This document shows positions 10,558-19,418 of a stretch of 32,000 nt of DNA, in pieces. How positions within the stretch are numbered: the stretch's first letter is position 1; each line of letters begins with the position of its first letter. Both the position numbers and the translations under genes were made by a program. Below the pieces are notes generated by a model, which was given only the letters and a program-made list of their open reading frames with translations, was not told the DNA's origin and searched no databases. Source of the DNA: Aliivibrio fischeri ES114 (GTDB taxonomy: Bacteria; Pseudomonadota; Gammaproteobacteria; Enterobacterales; Vibrionaceae); NCBI RefSeq assembly GCF_000011805.1, contig NC_006841.2, one strand, 5' to 3'.

Positions 10558-11808
10558 ATGGATTATAAAAACCTAACGGTACAAAAGAAAATTGCTACTG
10601 TTTTTTCTGTTATTGGTTTGGTAATGGTGGCATTTGCTCTGTTCCTTTTACAAGAATTAAATAAAGTAGAAGCAGAAGTAATTAACTTTACTGACTCTAC
10701 AGTACCGAGTGTGTTGTCTGCAGAAGAATTATATTTTGAAATGAACGCATATCGTCGAAATCAATATGCAGCATTAAATTATGAAACAAAAGATGCATTA
10801 GGCTTTTTAACTATTCTGTCGAAGCAAGAAAATGATATCAAAGCGGAGCTTGCAGCGTATGAAGCGACGGTTATTACTGAACATGAACGCCGTATCTTTG
10901 ATCGTGTTAAAAATAGTTGGAAAACCTATACGACTCAACTTAAGGATTTTAATAGTTTAGTTAGTAATCAAGAAATCAAACAAGCACAGAAAGAGTTAGT
11001 TAATTCATTTATTTTATTTGAAAATGTAGGGGCTGCATTAGATGGGTTAGTGCAAATCAATATAGGATTTGTTGCGAATAACCGAACAGCGATTATGCAT
11101 AGTGTTGATAATGTAACCACTGCAACAAAAGTGTCATTTAGTGCATTAATTGTATTTATGATTTTCGTAACTTTCTTCTTAGCTCGTCAAATTTGCCGCC
11201 CACTACATTTGGTTGTTGAGCAATCTAAAGCGATCGCAGCTGGGGATTTAACCTTTGAACTTCGTCGTGAAGAGATTGGTAATGATGAATTAGGCGCATT
11301 AGCTGATGCGAATATCGAAATGCAGTATCAATTGCGAACTTTAATTGAGAATACAATTTCAGCGGTAACTCAACTTTCAGTAGAAGTGAAAGAAATGAAT
11401 GACAGTTCAGAAAAACCGTTTAGTGATATGACAACGTCTTCTGATATTACGGTTGTTGCGGCTGCAATTGACGATATAAAAACAGCTATTGATGAACCTA
11501 AAAGAGAGTCAATTAAGCTAAATAGTATAGTTGAAATTATGGGCAGTATTGCTGAAGAAACCCATGCATTTGCTGCGAATGTAGCGAATGAGACTTCTAA
11601 TTTGGATAAACAAAATGATCGTTTTGAGATGATGGTGACTGAAGCTCATGCTCTTGCTAGTCATACTCAATTATCGACGAAAAAAGCAGTGACGTTCATA
11701 GAATCATTGCAAGAAAATATGACCTATAAAAACATTGAGCAATCGAGAATAAAATTATCTCAATTAGCAAATACACTACAAACATTTTTATCTTATTTTA
11801 AAGTGTAA
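10558..11808 (+). CDS. MCP paralog with intact sensor, TM2 and HAMP but a truncated, degenerate signalling domain (possibly decaying or non-canonical)
   Basis: From ATG 10558 (MDYKNLTVQKK, parallel to [11 protein letters not shown] of the two downstream MCPs) it is collinear without gaps through residue about 300. It is then 125 aa shorter. The hairpin tip reads IAEETHAFAANVANETSNLDKQNDRFEMMVTEAHALA instead of [37 protein letters not shown]. The ORF-track extension to GTG 10468 has no counterpart in the paralogs. Confidence 0.7.
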   Translation: MDYKNLTVQKKIATVFSVIGLVMVAFALFLLQELNKVEAEVINFTDSTVPSVLSAEELYFEMNAYRRNQYAALNYETKDALGFLTILSKQENDIKAELAAYEATVITEHERRIFDRVKNSWKTYTTQLKDFNSLVSNQEIKQAQKELVNSFILFENVGAALDGLVQINIGFVANNRTAIMHSVDNVTTATKVSFSALIVFMIFVTFFLARQICRPLHLVVEQSKAIAAGDLTFELRREEIGNDELGALADANIEMQYQLRTLIENTISAVTQLSVEVKEMNDSSEKPFSDMTTSSDITVVAAAIDDIKTAIDEPKRESIKLNSIVEIMGSIAEETHAFAANVANETSNLDKQNDRFEMMVTEAHALASHTQLSTKKAVTFIESLQENMTYKNIEQSRIKLSQLANTLQTFLSYFKV

Positions 11809-11963
11809 TTTTTAAACGCTATTTATATTTTCCATAATAAATTATTGCTCTAAGCTCAAGTTAAAAAATAAATTAATTTATATAAACTTTAATGTCATTT
11901 TTCAGGCGATATAAATTTGACGGTTGAGCTTATTAAAAATGAATTTAACATGGTGTTATCAAA

Positions 11964-12011
11964 AAATAAGTAATTTACAGCAATAAATTTTGTCGAATTA
12001 CTTATTTTTTT
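11964..12011 (+). terminator. Terminator-like hairpin in the MCP1-MCP2 spacer
   Basis: Perfect 12-bp stem AAATAAGTAATT / AATTACTTATTT with a 21-nt loop, followed by a T-run. It lies about 155 nt downstream of the MCP1 stop. Confidence 0.45.
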
Positions 12012-12084
12012 ACATTCGTAAAATTAGCAAAGGTTTCCGTTTCTTATGTAGTTACAAACGTTTAATTTAATTAACTTTTTTTAA

Positions 12085-12232
12085 ATTATAAAACTGTGTG
12101 ACTTTTAGATAATTTTATTTTACTTTCTCGCTTATCTACAATTTACGTTTGTAGGTGAGTTAATTCGTTAGCTCAAAATAACAATGCTCATGGAACGAGT
12201 AAAAAGAATAAATTATAAGGTTGTAAAATTAC
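12085..12232 (+). promoter_or_regulatory. Conserved 148-bp leader/promoter region of MCP2 (copy A)
   Basis: Aligns without indels to 14177..14324 (118 of 148 identical by hand count). Blocks such as ATTATAAAAC-GTGTGACTTTT and TGCTCATGGAACGAGT..AGAATAA.TTATAAGGTTGTAAAA are shared. Confidence 0.6.
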
Positions 12233-13864
12233 ATGAGTTACAAAAATTTAGCAGTACAAAAGAAAATTGCAGTTGTCTTTTCTGCCATTGGCGTGGTAAT
12301 GGTTACGTTTGCTTTTTTCCTATTACAAGAATTAAATAAAGTAGAGTCTGAAGTTATTAACTTTACAGATTCTACTGTCCCAAGTGTATTGTCAGTTGAG
12401 GCAATGTATTTTGAAATGTCCGTACTACGTCGTAGTCAATATGCATCATTAACATATAAAGAATATGACTCTGGTTTAGAGGCTTTGTTTAAGCGCCAGA
12501 ATACAACTTTAGCGAATATCAAAAACATGTTAGCTAGCTACGATGCAACAGTTGCAGGAGCAGAAGAACGAAGAGTTTTTGATGCAGTACTGGCATCATG
12601 GAAGGCTTATTCAAATCTTTTTCGTGATTTTCCTCAATTAATTAAAGATCGTGAACTTGATAAAGCTCATGCGATTTTAGTTAATTCGTTAGATGATTTT
12701 AATGGTGTTGGCGATGCAATGGATGGATTAGTTGATATTAACCTTGGTTTTGTTAGTAATAACCGTACTTCCATTATGAGTAGCGTTGATAGCGTAACAT
12801 TAGCAACAAAAGTATCGTTTAGTGCATTAATCGCATTTATGATCTTTATTACTTTCTTTTTAGCTCGTCAGATTTGTCGCCCATTAAACTTAGTGGTTGA
12901 ACAGTCTAAAGCGATTGCTGCAGGTGATTTAACGTTTGAACTTCGTCGTAGCGAGATTGGTAATGATGAGTTAGGTGCGCTAGCGGATACTAACATTGAA
13001 ATGCAGCATCAATTACGAATTCTAATTGAAGATACGATTTCTGCTGTTACTCAACTTTCAGCAGCGGTTGAAGAGATGAGTGCAATCTCTGAGCAATCTT
13101 CACGTGGTATGCAACAACAACAATCAGACATCACAATGGTTGCAGCTGCAATGGAAGAGATGAAGGCAACGGTTGCAGAAGTGGCAAACAACACTGAAAC
13201 AGCATCAACGTCTGCTCTAGAAGCGTCAGAAGAAGCGAAGCAAGGTAACCAAGACGTTCAATCTAATATTGAGCAAATTCAGATTGTTTCTCGTGATATC
13301 GAACAAGCAGGAGAATTGGTTGAAGAGTTAGAACGCGAATCAAATAACATCAGCGTGGTTGTTGAAGTTATTCGTGGTATTGCTGATCAAACGAACTTAT
13401 TAGCATTGAACGCAGCGATTGAAGCGGCACGTGCTGGCGAACAAGGTCGTGGTTTCGCGGTTGTTGCCGATGAAGTTCGTTCTCTTGCTGGTCGTACTCA
13501 ATCATCAACAAGTGAAATCGTTGAAATCATTGAGAAGTTACAAGCAAGTGCTGCACACGCTAAATCAGCGACAGATCAAAGTTGTTCTAAGATCCGTGTT
13601 TGTGTAGAGCAAAGTGTTCAAACGGGTAACTCAATTCAAATGATTGAAGAAACCATGATGAAAGTAACTGACACGAGCATTCAAATTGCAAGCGCATGTA
13701 GCCAACAAGATTCTGTAACAGAAGAACTTGGTCGCAATATTCAAAGCATGAGTCTATCGGCAAGTGAAGTTGCACTGGGTGCAGAGCAAACGGCTCAATC
13801 AAGTGTTGAGTTAGCGCAGTTAGCAAATAAATTACAAACTTCTTTATCGTACTTTAAAGTTTAA
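12233..13864 (+). CDS. Methyl-accepting chemotaxis protein (four-helix-bundle-type periplasmic sensor, HAMP, MCP signalling domain)
   Basis: 543 aa: TM1, a roughly 155-aa helical periplasmic domain, TM2, HAMP ([22 protein letters not shown]), and the canonical signalling hairpin [42 protein letters not shown]. Confidence 0.95.
   Translation: MSYKNLAVQKKIAVVFSAIGVVMVTFAFFLLQELNKVESEVINFTDSTVPSVLSVEAMYFEMSVLRRSQYASLTYKEYDSGLEALFKRQNTTLANIKNMLASYDATVAGAEERRVFDAVLASWKAYSNLFRDFPQLIKDRELDKAHAILVNSLDDFNGVGDAMDGLVDINLGFVSNNRTSIMSSVDSVTLATKVSFSALIAFMIFITFFLARQICRPLNLVVEQSKAIAAGDLTFELRRSEIGNDELGALADTNIEMQHQLRILIEDTISAVTQLSAAVEEMSAISEQSSRGMQQQQSDITMVAAAMEEMKATVAEVANNTETASTSALEASEEAKQGNQDVQSNIEQIQIVSRDIEQAGELVEELERESNNISVVVEVIRGIADQTNLLALNAAIEAARAGEQGRGFAVVADEVRSLAGRTQSSTSEIVEIIEKLQASAAHAKSATDQSCSKIRVCVEQSVQTGNSIQMIEETMMKVTDTSIQIASACSQQDSVTEELGRNIQSMSLSASEVALGAEQTAQSSVELAQLANKLQTSLSYFKV
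12809..13815. repeat. 1,007-bp direct repeat copy 1 (TM2-HAMP-signalling part of MCP2)
   Basis: Aligns with 14895..15901 at a constant offset of 2086 with no indels. I counted about 27 nucleotide differences (about 97% identity). The encoded 335 aa are identical. Confidence 0.9.
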
Positions 13865-13887
13865 TTTTTGATTGAATTTAAAGAATA

Positions 13888-13917
13888 AAGTGATGGCAAA
13901 TGCCATCACTTTTTTTA
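13888..13917 (+). terminator. Rho-independent terminator after MCP2
   Basis: GTGATGGC-AAAT-GCCATCAC hairpin followed by TTTTTTT, about 25 nt after the stop. Confidence 0.8.
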
Positions 13918-14176
13918 TAAGTCCATAGGAAATCAACAATAATAGAAAGATTGTATAAAAAAATCTTTTAAAAAAAGCATTGGCGCTTTGTTTGTTGGCG
14001 GTATATTTTTGACCTTTGAGCCATAGTGAAAGTATTTTCACATTTTTTTATTGAATTTAGGTAAATTGTTACTTTTATCAATAACACCTTATTTACCTTT
14101 TTTACCATTTCAAAAATGCAATGGTTTGCTTGTTGTGGGATTTAATAACTTATTAATTTATTTAACCTTTATTGCA

Positions 14177-14324
14177 ATTATAAAACCGTGTGACTTTTTA
14201 CGTATTTTATTTTATTTTCTCGCCTCTCTGCCGATAACGTTCGCAGATGAGCTAATTTATTAGTTCAAAACAGTAATGCTCATGGAACGAGTGAGAAGAA
14301 TAATTTATAAGGTTGTAAAACATC
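14177..14324 (+). promoter_or_regulatory. Conserved 148-bp leader/promoter region of MCP3 (copy B), containing a sigma-28-like -10 element
   Basis: Collinear with 12085..12232. Only this copy contains GCCGATAA (14230..14237), the -10 consensus of FliA/sigma-28 promoters. No TAAAG-like -35 is seen at the expected spacing. Confidence 0.45.
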
Positions 14325-15950
14325 ATGAGTTACAAAAATTTAGCAGTACAAAAGAAAATTGCAGTTGTCTTTTCTGCCATTGGTTTGGTGATGATTGCGT
14401 TTGCTTTTTTCCTATTACAAGAATTAAATAAAGTAGAGTCAGAAGTTATTAACTTTACTGATTCTACTGTTCCAAGTGTGTTATCGGTGGAAGACGTATA
14501 TTTTGAAATGAACGCGTATCGTCGTAACCAATATGCAGCATTAACATATCAAGAAAAAGATTTACCAAACTTATTAGCTCTTTTGTCAAAACAAGAGGCA
14601 CAAATTCAATCTGATCTTGATGCATATGAAGCAACGGTTGCGAGTGCTGATGAACGTCGTGTTTTTGAGCGTGTTGCAAATAGCTGGCAGAAATACTTAA
14701 CTCAACTAAAAGAATTTAATGGTTTAGTTGCGAATAAAAAGGCTAAGTTAGCTCAACAAGAGCTTGTGGATTCTTTTTCTCAGTTTGAAGAAGTAGGCAC
14801 TGCTATGGATGGTCTACTTCAGGCTAACCTTGTTTTTGTTAGTAACAATAGAAAATCAATCATGGGCAGCGTTAATAACGTAACGTTGGCGACTAAAGTA
14901 TCTTTTAGTGCATTAATCGCATTTATGATCTTTATTACTTTCTTCTTAGCTCGTCAGATTTGTCGTCCATTAAACTTAGTGGTTGAACAGTCTAAAGCGA
15001 TTGCTGCAGGTGATTTAACGTTTGAACTTCGTCGTAGCGAGATTGGCAATGATGAGTTAGGTGCGCTAGCGGACACTAACATTGAAATGCAGCATCAATT
15101 ACGAATTCTAATTGAAGATACGATTTCTGCTGTTACTCAACTTTCAGCTGCGGTTGAAGAGATGAGTGCGATTTCTGAGCAATCTTCACGTGGTATGCAA
15201 CAACAACAATCAGACATCACAATGGTTGCAGCTGCAATGGAAGAGATGAAGGCAACGGTTGCAGAAGTGGCAAACAACACTGAAACAGCCTCAACGTCTG
15301 CTCTAGAAGCGTCAGAAGAAGCGAAGCAGGGTAACCAAGACGTTCAATCTAATATTGAGCAAATTCAGATTGTTTCTCGTGATATCGAACAAGCTGGTGA
15401 ATTGGTTGAAGAGTTAGAGCGCGAATCAAATAATATCAGCGTGGTTGTTGAAGTTATTCGTGGTATTGCTGATCAAACGAACTTATTAGCATTGAATGCA
15501 GCGATTGAAGCGGCACGTGCTGGTGAACAAGGTCGTGGTTTCGCGGTTGTAGCCGATGAAGTTCGTTCTCTTGCTGGTCGTACTCAATCATCAACAAGTG
15601 AAATCGTTGAAATCATTGAGAAGTTACAAGCAAGTGCTGCACACGCTAAATCAGCGACAGATCAAAGTTGTTCTAAGATCCGTGTTTGTGTAGAGCAAAG
15701 TGTTCAAACGGGTAATTCAATTCAAATGATTGAAGAAACCATGATGAAAGTGACGGACACGAGCATTCAAATTGCAAGTGCATGTAGCCAGCAAGATTCA
15801 GTAACAGAAGAACTTGGTCGCAATATTCAAAGTATGAGCCTATCGGCAAGTGAAGTTGCACTAGGCGCAGAGCAAACGGCTCAATCAAGTGTTGAGTTAG
15901 CACAATTGGCTTCAACTCTTCAGCAGTCTCTATCGCGCTTTAAAGTGTAA
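14325..15950 (+). CDS. Methyl-accepting chemotaxis protein (paralog of MCP2 with a different periplasmic sensor core)
   Basis: 541 aa with the same architecture. Residues 191 to about 525 are identical to MCP2. The periplasmic core (about aa 55-185) is strongly diverged. Confidence 0.95.
   Translation: MSYKNLAVQKKIAVVFSAIGLVMIAFAFFLLQELNKVESEVINFTDSTVPSVLSVEDVYFEMNAYRRNQYAALTYQEKDLPNLLALLSKQEAQIQSDLDAYEATVASADERRVFERVANSWQKYLTQLKEFNGLVANKKAKLAQQELVDSFSQFEEVGTAMDGLLQANLVFVSNNRKSIMGSVNNVTLATKVSFSALIAFMIFITFFLARQICRPLNLVVEQSKAIAAGDLTFELRRSEIGNDELGALADTNIEMQHQLRILIEDTISAVTQLSAAVEEMSAISEQSSRGMQQQQSDITMVAAAMEEMKATVAEVANNTETASTSALEASEEAKQGNQDVQSNIEQIQIVSRDIEQAGELVEELERESNNISVVVEVIRGIADQTNLLALNAAIEAARAGEQGRGFAVVADEVRSLAGRTQSSTSEIVEIIEKLQASAAHAKSATDQSCSKIRVCVEQSVQTGNSIQMIEETMMKVTDTSIQIASACSQQDSVTEELGRNIQSMSLSASEVALGAEQTAQSSVELAQLASTLQQSLSRFKV
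14895..15901. repeat. 1,007-bp direct repeat copy 2 (TM2-HAMP-signalling part of MCP3)
   Basis: See copy 1; offset 2086, no indels. Confidence 0.9.
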
Positions 15951-15991
15951 TTTGACGAGTCATTGAATTGAACTAGTGTGTACTAGAAATT

Positions 15992-16022
15992 AAAAAGGAG
16001 ATCATATGATCTCCTTTTTTGT
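15992..16022 (+). terminator. Rho-independent terminator after MCP3
   Basis: AAGGAGATC-ATAT-GATCTCCTT hairpin followed by TTTTTT. Confidence 0.8.
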
Positions 16023-16331
16023 ACAACAAAGAATGATAGAAAAGCATATTACCTTTCTAGCAAGCACAACGATAAACCAACAAATTAATTCTTCATTTTC
16101 ATTGATTAAGGAAGAATAACATCAAATATTTCAGCTGATTAGCCAATATAACCTTCTTTTAGTCCATTTTGCTTACATTCAATACGCGGATCATCAATAT
16201 GAAGTAAATTGAATTGATGTAGCACATACAGACGAAGCACTGATAGAGATAGTGATTAATTAAAGCTTTACATAAGAATAATTCTCAACTATATTAAGTT
16301 GTATCTGAAATGCATGTTTAAGGGCGTTGTT

Positions 16332-16553
16332 ATGATTAATTTTAAGAAAGTAACTCAAATTGGTGGTGCTATTTTATGTATCAGCTTAATAATTATAACT
16401 ATTTCATTATTAATTAGCTTTCCTTTTGCATCACATTTTTCAATTATGCAACAAGTTGCAGCGCATATAGTTACGATTGTAATCGCGGCTTTTGTTAAAA
16501 TTGGATACGTTGCTTTTATTGTTGGCAAATATGAAAGAGGATTAGCATTTTAA
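16332..16553 (+). CDS. Small hypothetical membrane protein (two predicted TM helices)
   Basis: ORF 16299..16553. The ATG at 16332 (MINFKKV) is preceded by AAGGG. The product is two hydrophobic stretches. No recognisable family. Confidence 0.4.
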   Translation: MINFKKVTQIGGAILCISLIIITISLLISFPFASHFSIMQQVAAHIVTIVIAAFVKIGYVAFIVGKYERGLAF

Positions 16554-16560
16554 TCCTAAG

Positions 16561-16592
16561 AAAATGAGTAGCTTATAGATGCTACTCATTTA
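16561..16592. terminator. Hairpin between convergent genes (probably terminates the minus-strand dehydrogenase gene, possibly both)
   Basis: Perfect 9-bp stem ATGAGTAGC / GCTACTCAT with an 8-nt loop. Read on the minus strand it is followed by TTTTCTT. Confidence 0.55.
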
Positions 16593-16617
16593 TGTATGAT
16601 TAAGAATGGGAAGGTAA

Positions 16618-17499
16618 TTAATTGGTTTTTTGTTTAATCGCTTTGATTAACACGGATGTATCCATTCGCCCTAAACCTTGCTCTTGAAGGTTTTGGTATT
16701 CTTGATCAACTTCTTCTGTTAGTGGCAGTTTAATATCATGAACCTTTGCTTCATCTAGACAGATACCAAGATCTTTTCTCATCCAGTCGATTGCAAAACC
16801 AAAATCAAATTTATCCTGAGCCATGGTGCTTGCGCGATTTTCCATTTGCCATGAACCGGCAGCACCGTGTTTTAATGTTTCAACAACAAGGTCAATATCT
16901 AGGTTAGCTTTTTCAGCAAGGATCAATGCTTCACTTAATCCTTTTAATACACCAGCAATACAGATCTGGTTTGCCATTTTACAGCGTTGGCCTTGGCCGT
17001 TTTCACCAAGAAGTGTAATGGCTTTTGCAAAACTTTGAATAACAGGTTTTGCGATATCAAAAGCGTCTTCGTTACCACCGCACATTACAGTTAATACACC
17101 ATTTTCAGCACCAGCTTGTCCGCCTGAGACAGGAGCATCAATAAAGTGATTACCTTGTACCTCACAGGCTTTTGCTAATTCGATTGCTAGCGTCGCTGAT
17201 GTTGTGGTGTTATCCACTAAGATCGCACCTGGTTTTAATCCAGCAAGAATGCCATCGTCGCCATAAATTACGCTACGGACATCGTCATCATTCCCAACAC
17301 AAACGAATACGATATCTGAGCCTTCAGAGGCTTCACGTGGCGTCGAAGCGGATTGCCCTTTGTATTCTGCAGCCCACTGCTTTGCTTTCGCTTCGGTACG
17401 ATTATAAACCGTTGTAGAATAACCTGCATTTTGAAGGTGACGAGCCATTGGGTAGCCCATAACGCCTAAACCGATAAAGCTAACATTAGTGATTTCCAT
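16618..17499 (-). CDS. NAD(P)-dependent oxidoreductase, 3-hydroxyisobutyrate dehydrogenase / 2-hydroxy-3-oxopropionate reductase family
   Basis: 293 aa with an N-terminal Rossmann motif (VSFIGLGVMGYPMARHL), central DAPVSGG and a C-terminal helical domain typical of the 6-phosphogluconate-dehydrogenase-like HIBADH family. Substrate cannot be assigned. Confidence 0.85.
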   Translation of the reverse strand: MEITNVSFIGLGVMGYPMARHLQNAGYSTTVYNRTEAKAKQWAAEYKGQSASTPREASEGSDIVFVCVGNDDDVRSVIYGDDGILAGLKPGAILVDNTTTSATLAIELAKACEVQGNHFIDAPVSGGQAGAENGVLTVMCGGNEDAFDIAKPVIQSFAKAITLLGENGQGQRCKMANQICIAGVLKGLSEALILAEKANLDIDLVVETLKHGAAGSWQMENRASTMAQDKFDFGFAIDWMRKDLGICLDEAKVHDIKLPLTEEVDQEYQNLQEQGLGRMDTSVLIKAIKQKTN

Positions 17500-17649
17500 G
17501 TCGATCCTTATTTATGTTGTAATATGATAGCCATTTAGTCTACTTTCTAAGTATTTATATGATTAATAGCTTGTTGATAGGACTCATGAGAATTAAAACA
17601 TATCTTGTAACAGTTTGATATCTGAATATTAACCGTATTTTGAGTGGGG

Positions 17650-18174
17650 TTAATACTTATTCAATAAGTCGATATTGAAATCGTTTAGATCAATACCAAA
17701 ATTAATTTCAGCTGCTTTTTCATATAGTTCATTTATGCTTTTCTGAACTGAAGTAATCGTAAGTGTATTGTTATCCAAAATGAATACTTGCTTTTGAGTT
17801 GTATAATAGAAGGCAAGTATTAATAGTGAATCATGGTCATTTTGCTCTGCTTTTGTCTTTATCGCTGCAAGTTTTCGGTAAATACGGTGATGGAGCTGTT
17901 TTAGTTTCCAAACATACATAATGTCATCAAAGTATGGGTAAGTTTTAACTTTATTCATAATGAAAGAAGTGGCTATGAGACTTAAGATGACGCCTAAAAC
18001 ATTGAGGTGAAAGTTACCTGTAGACCCTGATTTTGTCACACCTTCAAAACCAAAAAATGCAATCAGAATGGATCCAAATAAAATAGCAAGAGCTGCAAGT
18101 AAAGCAACAAAAGACACCATTACAAGATTGGTTTTCTTTCGGTAAGTATCTTTATCTATATTTTGAATTTTCAT
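17650..18174 (-). CDS. Hypothetical inner-membrane protein (two TM helices; resembles the gammaproteobacterial DUF3087 family from memory)
   Basis: 174 aa: a basic N-terminus (DKDTYRKKTN), two TM helices and a soluble C-terminal domain. The family assignment is from memory only. Confidence 0.5.
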   Translation of the reverse strand: MKIQNIDKDTYRKKTNLVMVSFVALLAALAILFGSILIAFFGFEGVTKSGSTGNFHLNVLGVILSLIATSFIMNKVKTYPYFDDIMYVWKLKQLHHRIYRKLAAIKTKAEQNDHDSLLILAFYYTTQKQVFILDNNTLTITSVQKSINELYEKAAEINFGIDLNDFNIDLLNKY

Positions 18175-18317
18175 ACCAGATCTCTCTTAATGAATTTATG
18201 CTTATTAATAAGTGTAGCGCGGAAATAAGTGGAATTGGAATTAAGAAAGAGTAACCGTTAGTGTTATCAAAAATTTAGTTATGAAAGGCCAATACGTTCT
18301 ATTGAATTGTAATCAAA

Positions 18318-18352
18318 GATAAAAAGCCATATCAAGAGGACCTGATATGGCT
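18318..18352 (-). terminator. Rho-independent terminator after the ArsP-like permease gene
   Basis: Perfect 10-bp stem AGCCATATCA / TGATATGGCT (18325..18334 and 18343..18352) with an 8-nt loop. On the minus-strand transcript it is followed by TTTTATCTTT. Confidence 0.75.
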
Positions 18353-18390
18353 GATTTTTATTATGTAATATCTTTTAATGCCAGACTATC

Positions 18391-19311
18391 CTAAAAGATA
18401 AATTGGTATAGGAAACCGGCTCCCATTGCCATACCTAAAATCACAGTTAGGAAGGCAATGATCATTTGGTTTTTGAAGATAGATTTCAATAAAATCACTT
18501 CAGTTAAACTTGCACCAGCACTGCCAATAATTAATGCCATAACTGCCCCTAGGCTCATACCTTTTGCAGCTAATGCCGCACTTAGAGGAATAACCGCTTC
18601 AGCTCGAATGTATAGTGGAATACCAATAACTGCAGCAACAGGAATAGCAAATGGGTTATTTTCACTTGCCACTTTAGCGACAAATTCTGTTGGCATAAAA
18701 CCGTAGATCATCGAACCAAGGGCAATACCGCCGATTAAGTAAGGTAATACTTTTTTGAAATCACTCCATGTGCTGTTCCAAATTTTCATCCATTTGCTTT
18801 GAGGTGCTTTTTTCTCTCCACCACAAGTTGAACCACAACATTTTGGCTCAGGTGCAATGTAAGCACTTTCTTTTACGTATTTTTCAAAACCAAGTTTTTC
18901 TAGTAAGTAACCTGCAATAACCGATACACCCATTGCAATAGCAAAGTAGAAAACGGTCACTTTAATACCGAAAGTAACTGCGAATAGCCCAATAATAATA
19001 GGGTTAAGTAGTGGGCTTGCAAATAAGAATACCATCATGGTACCAAATCCAGCTTTTGCTCGAAGTAAACCTTTTAAGAAAGGGATAGTTGAGCATGAGC
19101 AGAATGGAGTAATAGCACCTAGTAGACCAGCAACAAAATAGCCCCTGCCATTTTTTCCGCTCAAGATACTTTGGATTTTTGAAGGTGGAATATACTCCTG
19201 CAAAACACCAACTAGATAACTAATTAAAAGGAAAAGCACGGTTAGCTCTGCAGCTAAAAATGCAAACATATTAAGGGTGTCCATCACCATGTCTTGTGTA
19301 ATTGTAAACAT
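18391..19311 (-). CDS. Permease of the ArsP/DUF318 family (putative metalloid or organoarsenical efflux permease)
   Basis: 306 aa and polytopic. It has the family-typical TPFCSCSTIPF motif in an early TM segment and a cysteine-rich central loop (KCCGSTCGG). It is divergently paired with an ArsR-family regulator. Confidence 0.7.
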   Translation of the reverse strand: MFTITQDMVMDTLNMFAFLAAELTVLFLLISYLVGVLQEYIPPSKIQSILSGKNGRGYFVAGLLGAITPFCSCSTIPFLKGLLRAKAGFGTMMVFLFASPLLNPIIIGLFAVTFGIKVTVFYFAIAMGVSVIAGYLLEKLGFEKYVKESAYIAPEPKCCGSTCGGEKKAPQSKWMKIWNSTWSDFKKVLPYLIGGIALGSMIYGFMPTEFVAKVASENNPFAIPVAAVIGIPLYIRAEAVIPLSAALAAKGMSLGAVMALIIGSAGASLTEVILLKSIFKNQMIIAFLTVILGMAMGAGFLYQFIF

Positions 19312-19324
19312 AATCTAAATCTCT

Positions 19325-19348
19325 ATATTTCTGGAATAATCGAAATAT
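19325..19348. promoter_or_regulatory. Operator-like inverted repeat 1 (ATATTTC-N10-GAAATAT), proximal to the permease gene
   Basis: Perfect 7-bp arms separated by 10 bp (ATATTTCtggaataatcGAAATAT), 14 bp upstream of the permease start codon. Confidence 0.6.
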
Positions 19349-19373
19349 ACGCTTTTCAATTAGCATGATCAAC

Positions 19374-19397
19374 ATATTTCTAGTAATATCGAAATAT
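19374..19397. promoter_or_regulatory. Operator-like inverted repeat 2 (ATATTTC-N10-GAAATAT), proximal to the ArsR-family gene
   Basis: A second copy with identical arms and geometry (ATATTTCtagtaatatcGAAATAT), 49 bp from copy 1. It overlaps a TAATAT -10-like hexamer and lies 22 bp upstream of the regulator ATG. Confidence 0.6.
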
Positions 19398-19418
19398 AAA
19401 TTTAATGAGGAATAAATA

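Noticed and set aside
13587-13826. Antisense ORFs inside the MCP genes (13587..13826 and its twin 15673..15915), and similar antisense or alternate-frame ORFs inside other genes (134..319, 788..1123, 2228..2422, 2571..2906, 3725..3910, the 6634..7085 set, 7692..7901, 8254..8442, 8984..9265, 9585..9785, 13419..13607, 14464..14679, 16823..17417, 18458..18706, 19571..19792, 21263..21469, 21693..21980, 27000..27332, 29543..29764, 30127..31345)
   Set aside because: All lie fully within longer ORFs that have clear family signatures. They lack RBS and family resemblance. The paired conservation of the two MCP antisense ORFs is simply a by-product of the 97% identical repeat.
14025-14050. Small hairpin GTGAAA-GTAT-TTTCAC followed by a T-run in the MCP2-MCP3 spacer
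   Set aside because: The stem is only 6 bp and AT-rich, with negligible predicted stability. A strong terminator already exists at 13888..13917.
13844-14263. ORFs 13844..14041 (-) and 14051..14263 (+) in the MCP2-MCP3 spacer
   Set aside because: They lie in low-complexity AT-rich sequence, have no RBS and use non-ATG or weak starts. One runs through the MCP2 terminator and the other through the conserved MCP leader. Their Phe/Leu/Ile/Lys-rich composition is what random AT-rich DNA encodes.
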